Assembly: GCA_963842085.1 (NCBI GenBank)
Contig: CAWJET010000002.1
Coordinates: forward strand, 1,216,001-1,280,000
Length of the DNA stretch: 64,000 nucleotides
DNA from: an uncultured delta proteobacterium
Lineage (GTDB): Bacteria; Desulfobacterota; Binatia; Binatales; Binataceae
Direction of reading: 5' to 3'
Shown here: positions 57,770-64,000 of the stretch, piece by piece
Position numbering within the stretch: position 1 is the first letter of the stretch
Layout: the number at the start of each line of letters is the position of its first letter
Program-made: the position numbers and the translations under genes
The notes under the pieces: model-generated
What the model saw: only the letters and a program-made list of their open reading frames with translations
Told to the model about the DNA's origin: nothing
Database searches by the model: none

Positions 57770-60700
57770 ATGCGTTGCCCGTCCTGCAATCACGACAACC
57801 GCGCCGAGCGCCGCTTCTGCGTGGAATGCGGGGCCGCGCTCGCTGCGCTGTGCGCCGCGTGTGGGGCATCGAACGAGCCCGGCGAGAAGTTCTGCGGCAG
57901 CTGCGGGGGCGCGCTTTCCATCTCGCCGGCGGCCCGCCCTCCATCGTCAGGGGCGCGGGCCGAGACTCCCGAGCCAGCGCTACGGGTTCGCCCGGAAGCG
58001 CCGACCAGCGAAATTCCCGAGGGCGAGCGCAAGACAGTTACGGCGCTGTTTGCCGACATCAAGGGTTCGACCGAGCTTGAGCAGGACCTCGACCCCGAAG
58101 AGGCGCGCATGATTGTCGATCCCGCGTTGAAGCTGATGATCGATGCGGTGCGACGTTACGACGGTTACATCGTCCAGAGCACCGGCGACGGCATCTTCGC
58201 GCTCTTCGGCGCGCCGGTCGCGCACGAGGACCATCCGCAGCGCGCGCTTTATGCCGCCCTCCGGATGCAGGAGGAACTGAACAAATACTCGGCGAGATTG
58301 CGCGAGGCTGGCAACGCGCCGCTCGAAGCGCGTGTCGGCGTGAACTCGGGCGAGGTCGTGATCCGCTCGATCACAACCGGAGCAGGTCACACGGAGTACA
58401 CGCCGATCGGGCATACGGCCAATCTAGCCTCGCGGATGCAGGTGCTTGCGCCGACCGGCTCGATTGCCATCAGCGAGCAGACGCGCGCGCTGGTCGAGGG
58501 ATACTTCGCGCTCAAACCGCTCGGCCCGACCAAGGTCAAAGGCGTGAGCGAGCCCGTCAACGTTTATGAGATCACGGGCTTGGGGCCTCTGCGCACCCGT
58601 TTACAGCGTTCAGCCGGGCGCGGGTTCACCAAATTCGTCGGGCGTGAGCGCGAGATGGCGTCGATGGAAGCCGCGGCCGAGCGCGCCAAATCGGGACACG
58701 GACAGATCGTTGCCGCGATGGCGGAGGCGGGCACGGGCAAGTCGCGCCTGTTCTTTGAGTTCAAGGCCAAGAACCAGTCGGGCTGGATGGTGCTCGAAGC
58801 GTTTTCGGTCTCGCACGGCAAAGCTTCGGCCTACCTGCCGGTGATCGATCTGCTGCAGAGCTATTTCAGGATCACTGGCGAAGATGACCAGCGCGTACGG
58901 CGCGAAAAGGTCGCCGGCAGGCTTTCGATCCTCGACCCTTCGCTTGAGGATGCACGCCCCTATCTGTTCGTGCTGCTTGGAATCGTCGAGGGCGAAGACC
59001 CGCTGGCGCAGACGGATGCGCAGATTCGAAAACGCCGCACGTTGGATGCGATAAAACGGATCCTGCTGCGCGAGTCGCTCAATCAGCCGTTGATGGTGAT
59101 CTTCGAAGATCTGCACTGGATCGACGAGCAGACTCAGGAGTTGCTGAATCTTCTCGCCGACTCGATAGCCACTGCTCGCATCCTGCTGCTGGTGAACTAC
59201 CGCCCCGAGTACTCGCATCAGTGGGGCAGCAAGACTTACTATACGCAGTTGCGCCTCGATCCGTTGGGCAAGGAATCTGCCGACGAGATGCTCTCGTCGC
59301 TGGTGGGCGGCGACAAGGATATGATCCCGCTCAAGCGGCTGATCATTGAGAAGACCGAGGGCAACCCGTTCTTCATGGAAGACAGTGCTGGTGCTTTTTG
59401 ACGAAGGGGCGCTGGTACGCAACGGAACGGTAAAGCTCACCAAGTCACTCAATGACCTCAAGATCCCGCCTACCGTGCAGGCGATTCTCGCCGCACGCGT
59501 CGACCGGCTGCCGACGGATGAAAAAGAATTACTGCAGACGCTAGCGGTAACCGGCAAGGAGTTTTCGCTGTCGCTTGTACGAGCGGTCTTCAAGAAGTCC
59601 GACGATGAAATCAGCCGGATGCTGAATGATCTGCAGCTGGCCGAGTTCATCTATGAGCAGCCGGCGGTTGGCGACATCGATTACACGTTCAAACACGCGC
59701 TCACCCAGGAGGTCGCCTACAACTCGGTCCTGATCGAGCGGCGGAAAGCTCTTCACGAGCGCGCGGGACAGGCGCTGGAATCGATGTTCGCCGAACAGCG
59801 GAACGATCACCTCGCCGAATTGGCGCATCACTACAGTCGCAGCAGTAACCGACCGAAGGCCGTGGAGTACCTGCGACTTGCGGGGCAACAAGCCGCACAG
59901 CGGTCTGCAAATGCTGAGGCGATCAATAATTTCACAAGCGCCCTGGAAATATTGAAGTCACTGCCCGACACCCCGCAACGCGCTCGGCAGGAATTGGAAT
60001 TAGAGACGATGCTTGGTCCTGCTTTGATTGCCACCAAGGGCAACGCAGCGCCGGAAGTTGGAGCGGTCTACGAGCGGGCGGTCGAGCTGGCTCGGCAAGT
60101 GGGAGAAGATGCTCAACTGTTTCCGGTCTTGTTTGGACTGCGATCCTACCATTTTGTCCGTGGCGAGCTGCGGCCTGCATCGGAACTCGCGCAGCAACTC
60201 GTGAGCTCGGCCGAAAGCCTGCAAGACTCTGGTTTGCTGGTGGAAGCCCATCTGGCGCGAGGCAATTCGCTTTTTGTCCTAGGAGAGTTGATCCCCGCCC
60301 TGGATCACTTCGAGCGGGCCGTCACCATCTACGATCCTCGGATGCATCACAGTCATGCGTTTCTCTATGGACTGGACCCGGGGGTGTTTTGCCTCGTCCG
60401 GATCGGGTGGGGCTTGACGCTTCGCGGCTATCCGGACCGGGGTCTACGAAAGGCTGGCGAGGCAATCGCCCTGGCCCAGCAACAGGCTCACCACTTTAGC
60501 TTGGCGGTGGCCTTGAATCACGCGTCCACGGAACATCACCTCCGCAGGGACTGGCCAGCAATGCAGCGACAAGCGGAGGCGGCGATCGCACTGTGCACCG
60601 AGCAAGGATTTGAAGGCATTCTGGCGCAAGCAACTGCGCATCGGGGAATCGCGCTGGCCTGGCAGGGTCAGACGCAGGAAGGAATCGCGCTGATCCAGCG

Positions 60701-61151
60701 TGGGTTGGCCGCCTCTGGGGCCACAGGCGCGGCGCTATTTCGACCGAATTTCCTATCTTATCTGGCGGAGTCATATTTGACTGCGAAGCGATTTGAGGAA
60801 GGGCTGACCGCGGTGGCCAAGGGGATCGCGATAGCTGAAGAAACGGGGGAGCGTCTCTACGAAGCCAGGTTGCTCCGGCTGAAGGGCGAATTGCTCCTGG
60901 CGCAGGACTGGTCAAATGCGACCGCGGCCGAGCAATGCTTGCGCGACGCGATCGAAGCTAGCGGCCGGCAGGGCACGAAGTTACTTCAGCTGCGCGCGAC
61001 GACATCACTCGCGCGCTTGCTCGCCAAGCAAGGCAATCGCGACGACGCGCGCGAGATGCTCGCCGAGATCTACAACTGGTTCACCGAGGGCTTCGACACC
61101 GCCGATTTGAAAGAAGCCGAGGCGCTGCTCGACGAGCTGAGTGCAGCTTGA
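57770..61151 (+). pseudogene. double-zinc-ribbon / class III nucleotide cyclase / AAA ATPase / TPR protein, one frameshift
   Basis: CPSC..FCVECG, ERKTVTALFADIKGST, GDG, FVGRERE, AGTGKSRL, EDLHWID, GNPFF; ATGGAAGACAGT at ~59376 lacks 2 nt; ends [11 protein letters not shown]. Confidence 0.88.
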
Positions 61152-61238
61152 CGGCTCCTCCGCGTCATGAACAAGTCTCGCTTACGCAAACGCACACGGA
61201 GCAAGAGAAATGGCAGGTCGAGTCTCGGGCAAAGTAGC

Positions 61239-61292
61239 GCCTCGTTCGTGACGGGACTCCCGATGCCGGTAGACGGTGGTTACGTCGCGCAA
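61239..61292 (+). pseudogene. isolated C-terminal scrap of an SDR oxidoreductase gene
   Basis: ASFVTGLPMPVDGGYVAQ. Confidence 0.7.
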
Positions 61293-61295
61293 TTG

Positions 61296-61718
61296 TTATT
61301 CCGCCATTGCCTCGCCCGATCCACCGAACTCCGCTGGAAAGTCCTTGAACTTGGGCAGGCCGTCCCGCATGGGCAGCACCGTCTCAGCATAGTTGACGTG
61401 CACCCCAGGGGTAAAAGTAAGGGTAGGAATAGTCGCGGCAAACACGTCCACCAGGCCCAGGGTCGGATGTTTCGACATTAGGTGCCCGCCGCACTTCGTA
61501 CAATACTGACGATGGGCGAAGTCGGTCTTATGGAACGTCGCGATATGCTCGACCCCTGATGTGACGCGCACGGCTTCCGGTTTCCAGAGGGTGAAGGCGT
61601 TCACGGGTCCACCGGACCATGACCGACAAGAACGGCAATGGCAGTAGCCCATGGCCTCAGGTGACCCGGTGGCCTCCAGTTTTACAGCACCACAAAAGCA
61701 GCTTCCGACGTGAGTCAC
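61296..61718 (-). CDS. GFA/Mss4-like family protein
   Basis: GSCFCGAV, YCHCRSCR, YCTKCG; GGAGG RBS. Confidence 0.9.
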   Translation of the reverse strand: MTHVGSCFCGAVKLEATGSPEAMGYCHCRSCRSWSGGPVNAFTLWKPEAVRVTSGVEHIATFHKTDFAHRQYCTKCGGHLMSKHPTLGLVDVFAATIPTLTFTPGVHVNYAETVLPMRDGLPKFKDFPAEFGGSGEAMAE

Positions 61719-61836
61719 AACTCCCTCCGTTAAGCTCGGATTTCCTTCTAAGTCCCCGATTCAACTCCCCGTATAGACCGAACGGCTCCCCGCTACAAGG
61801 TTCTGCACACTGGACCATCTGGATCCCCACTAAACC

Positions 61837-61955
61837 GGGCAAAACGCGATGAGGCGCGCGCGACGCTCGCCGACATCTACAACTGGTATACCGAAGGCTT
61901 CGACACCGCCGATTTGAAGGACGCGAAGGCGCTGCTCGACGAATTGGGTGCATAG
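61837..61955 (+). repeat. 3' copy of the cyclase/AAA/TPR gene
   Basis: [36 protein letters not shown], versus 61030-61151. Confidence 0.9.
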
Positions 61956-62036
61956 CGCCTGGCTCACGGCACCCACTGGCGGTGCGAACCCCAGCTGGGG
62001 ACACAATGCACCAAGTAGCCTGCTCCGGGGCCCTGT

Positions 62037-62689
62037 TCAGGCGGCGGCTTGCGCGCCGGAATCCCGCCGCAGGCGCTTCCACTCGCGTGGCGTCAGCTCG
62101 AGGGCCAGCCGGGCCGGATGGGTCGAGACGCGGTCGATCACATCGCGCAAATAGACGAACGGATTGATCAGGACCTCCTGCACTTGTGCGCTCAGCCGAT
62201 CAAACGACCGGCGCAGATCCGTCGCGCCGCGCGCGACAAACACCCGCACCGACGCCGGCAGCGTCAGCATGTCGTCTGCAGGGCCTGGAGCACCCGCTGC
62301 AGGGTGTCGGTATCGGCTCCCGCCGGCACGCGCACCATATGACCGTTGTGCAGGACGATCTCCAGAACCGCTGGTGTCCCTGGAACCTTCACCGGCTTGG
62401 GCACTTCGGTGAACACCACCACGTTCTCCGCTGCTGCGCGGTTCATCTTCTCCTCGCCGGCGTGCCGGAAGACCTGCCGCCACCAGCTCAGAGTGCTTGG
62501 TGGGATTCCACGCTGCTGCCCAAACTCGCGCAGCGTCAACCCGCTACGCTGCCAACGGGCCAACACCCGGCGCATCTGCCGTGCCCGCACTAATGTCGTC
62601 GACCCCATTCTCCCCATCGATTCGTACCTCCGAACCCATCTGCGGTATGCGCGCCGCGCCGGAGGAGATGGAGTTGGTCACACGGTTAC
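62037..62689 (-). mobile_element. IS66-family internally deleted element
   Basis: Left end GTAACCGTGTGACC at 62689; tnpA 62264-62617; tnpB start (TDLRRSFD) fused to tnpC tail (NPFVYLRDV..LTPREW); right end not recognised. Confidence 0.85.
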
Positions 62690-63023
62690 GAAATACCTCA
62701 CCGTCATCAGGTGCTCATGTCGTGATAGCGTCCGACGCTGGCGCATCGCATCGGAGCCGCTCGGTTCCCCCCGATACCGTCGCCAAACTGGAAACATGGC
62801 AAGGCCTTGCGGGCGAATCGAGAGCGCTGACCGCAGAAGGTCACGACTCCGAATCTTCGTCACCCACGAACTCTTCGATTGAGATCCCAGAAGCGCGCGA
62901 TGGACGAAGAGCGTGCTTGAGGGTACTCACATGGCCCTTTTGAATCCAATCATTGATAGCCGTGTTTGAAACTCCGCAAAGGAGCCTAGCGCAGCAACCT
63001 TGGCAGCGCGCACGCGTTGTCGG

Positions 63024-63308
63024 TCAAGCTAGCTCCAACCGCAGCCGCTTCCCGAGGACTTTTGCGGCGCGGGCCATCGTTCGCAGCGTCACCGATTCGT
63101 TTTTCGGGTCCAGCAGGCGATCGAGCGCGGCGCGGCTCGTGCGCATCGCGCGCGCCATGTTCGACTTTGACATTCGCTTCTCCCCCATCCCGCGCTCGAC
63201 CTGCCATGCGATCAACCGCTTAAGCGCGGCGACCTCCGCCTCGGCAAGGGTGCCGTCCTCGGCGAGCAACTCGTCAAGTGAGGAGCCGACATGTTTACGT
63301 GGTTTCAT
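63024..63308 (-). CDS. XRE/HigA-like antitoxin
   Basis: HVGSSLDELL..MARAMRTSRAALDRLLDP.N.SVTL.T. Confidence 0.88.
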   Translation of the reverse strand: MKPRKHVGSSLDELLAEDGTLAEAEVAALKRLIAWQVERGMGEKRMSKSNMARAMRTSRAALDRLLDPKNESVTLRTMARAAKVLGKRLRLELA

Positions 63309-63662
63309 CGTTCCGTCTCCAATCTGCGCTTGCGATCGATAGCCAAGTCCAGGTCTGATTTTGGAATTTTCTGCGATTTCTTCATGAAGGCATGGAGCAA
63401 GACCATTTCGCCCTCGGCGATGCAGAACAGCACACGCGCGATTCTGTTGCCTGCCAGATTCGTTCTGACCTCGTAAAGCCCCTTCCCCATCGGACGGCAG
63501 ACCGGCATCCCGATGGGCCATCCGTACTCGACCGTCTTGATGTCAGTTCCGATAAAGAAACGGTCCTGCTTGTCCAAGGACTTGAACCATTCTCTGACCG
63601 GCTCGCCGCCACTGTCAGTTCGATAGAATCGCGCCGGTTTTCCGCTTCCGCTCCACAGCCAT
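63305..63662 (-). pseudogene. Gp49-like RelE toxin, +1 frameshift near the start
   Basis: ARFYRTDSGGEPVREW..GWPIGMP..GLYEVR..LLHAFMKKSQK; ATG 63662 is 1 nt out of frame (GGAAAACC). Confidence 0.75.
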
Positions 63663-64000
63663 TAAGGAGCGTATCAGAAATGGTACATATAAGTCGAACC
63701 GCCCATCTCAGATATGAGTCGGCGGCGGCGGGGTCGAAATTCCCTTCGGCCAGATTTTGGCTGGAAGCGCCGCAATCAGGGGCGAAAGAATAACGATGCG
63801 GCGTGCCGGTCGAAGAACCGCACGCTGCACCGTTATTTCACCGAGATTGATACAGGACACCGGCGAGAACCTGCGGTCTGCGCCAACCCCGCAACCCCTC
63901 GGGGTGGCAGATCAACGTGGGTGGTGTGAGGTTCCTGGAGATCGGTCACGACGATTGCCCCTGCATGCGGCAACTGATGTGGAAGTACCGCGACGTGCCG

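Noticed and set aside
59370-59401. Programmed frameshift in the cyclase/AAA gene
   Set aside because: No slippery heptamer; a 2-nt loss from a GAGA run (mutation or sequencing error) explains it.
1-64000. CRISPR array, rRNA, intact tRNA, tmRNA, reverse transcriptase or integron integrase
   Set aside because: No regularly spaced repeat-spacer array, no complete RNA gene fold and no RT or tyrosine-recombinase motifs were recognised by eye.

Overview
GC-rich bacterial chromosome segment; gene content and style suggest Candidatus Binatota or a related deltaproteobacteria-like lineage (inference only). Bases 1-~17.8 kb are core-like. They hold proB-proA-nadD-rsfS, a six-gene operon (amidohydrolase, two crotonases, an acyl-adenylate ligase) bracketed by two stand-alone desulforedoxin-like mini-proteins, ygfZ, an orphan 2OG-Fe(II) oxygenase fused to a PqqD/RRE domain, mutL-miaA-accA, rpmB, and an ArsC-family gene with an in-frame UGA at the catalytic Cys12 (candidate selenoprotein). 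From ~17.8 kb to the end the DNA is a less GC-rich, decayed accessory mosaic: IS256, IS3 nested in IS21, IS5/IS3/IS66 remnants, about nine toxin-antitoxin modules (toxins mostly broken), two sigma54 activators, four sigma54 promoters, RecD2, a duplicated two-gene module and a frameshifted adenylate-cyclase/AAA/TPR gene. The most striking unexplained pattern is that cargo blocks are repeatedly separated by diverged copies of the ends of resident genes: five pieces of one alpha/beta-hydrolase gene, two pieces of the cyclase gene and other gene tails. This suggests a homology-anchored cassette-acquisition hotspot, with no integrase visible in the window. No rRNA, intact tRNA or CRISPR array was seen. 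All calls are by eye from motifs; no database searches were run.
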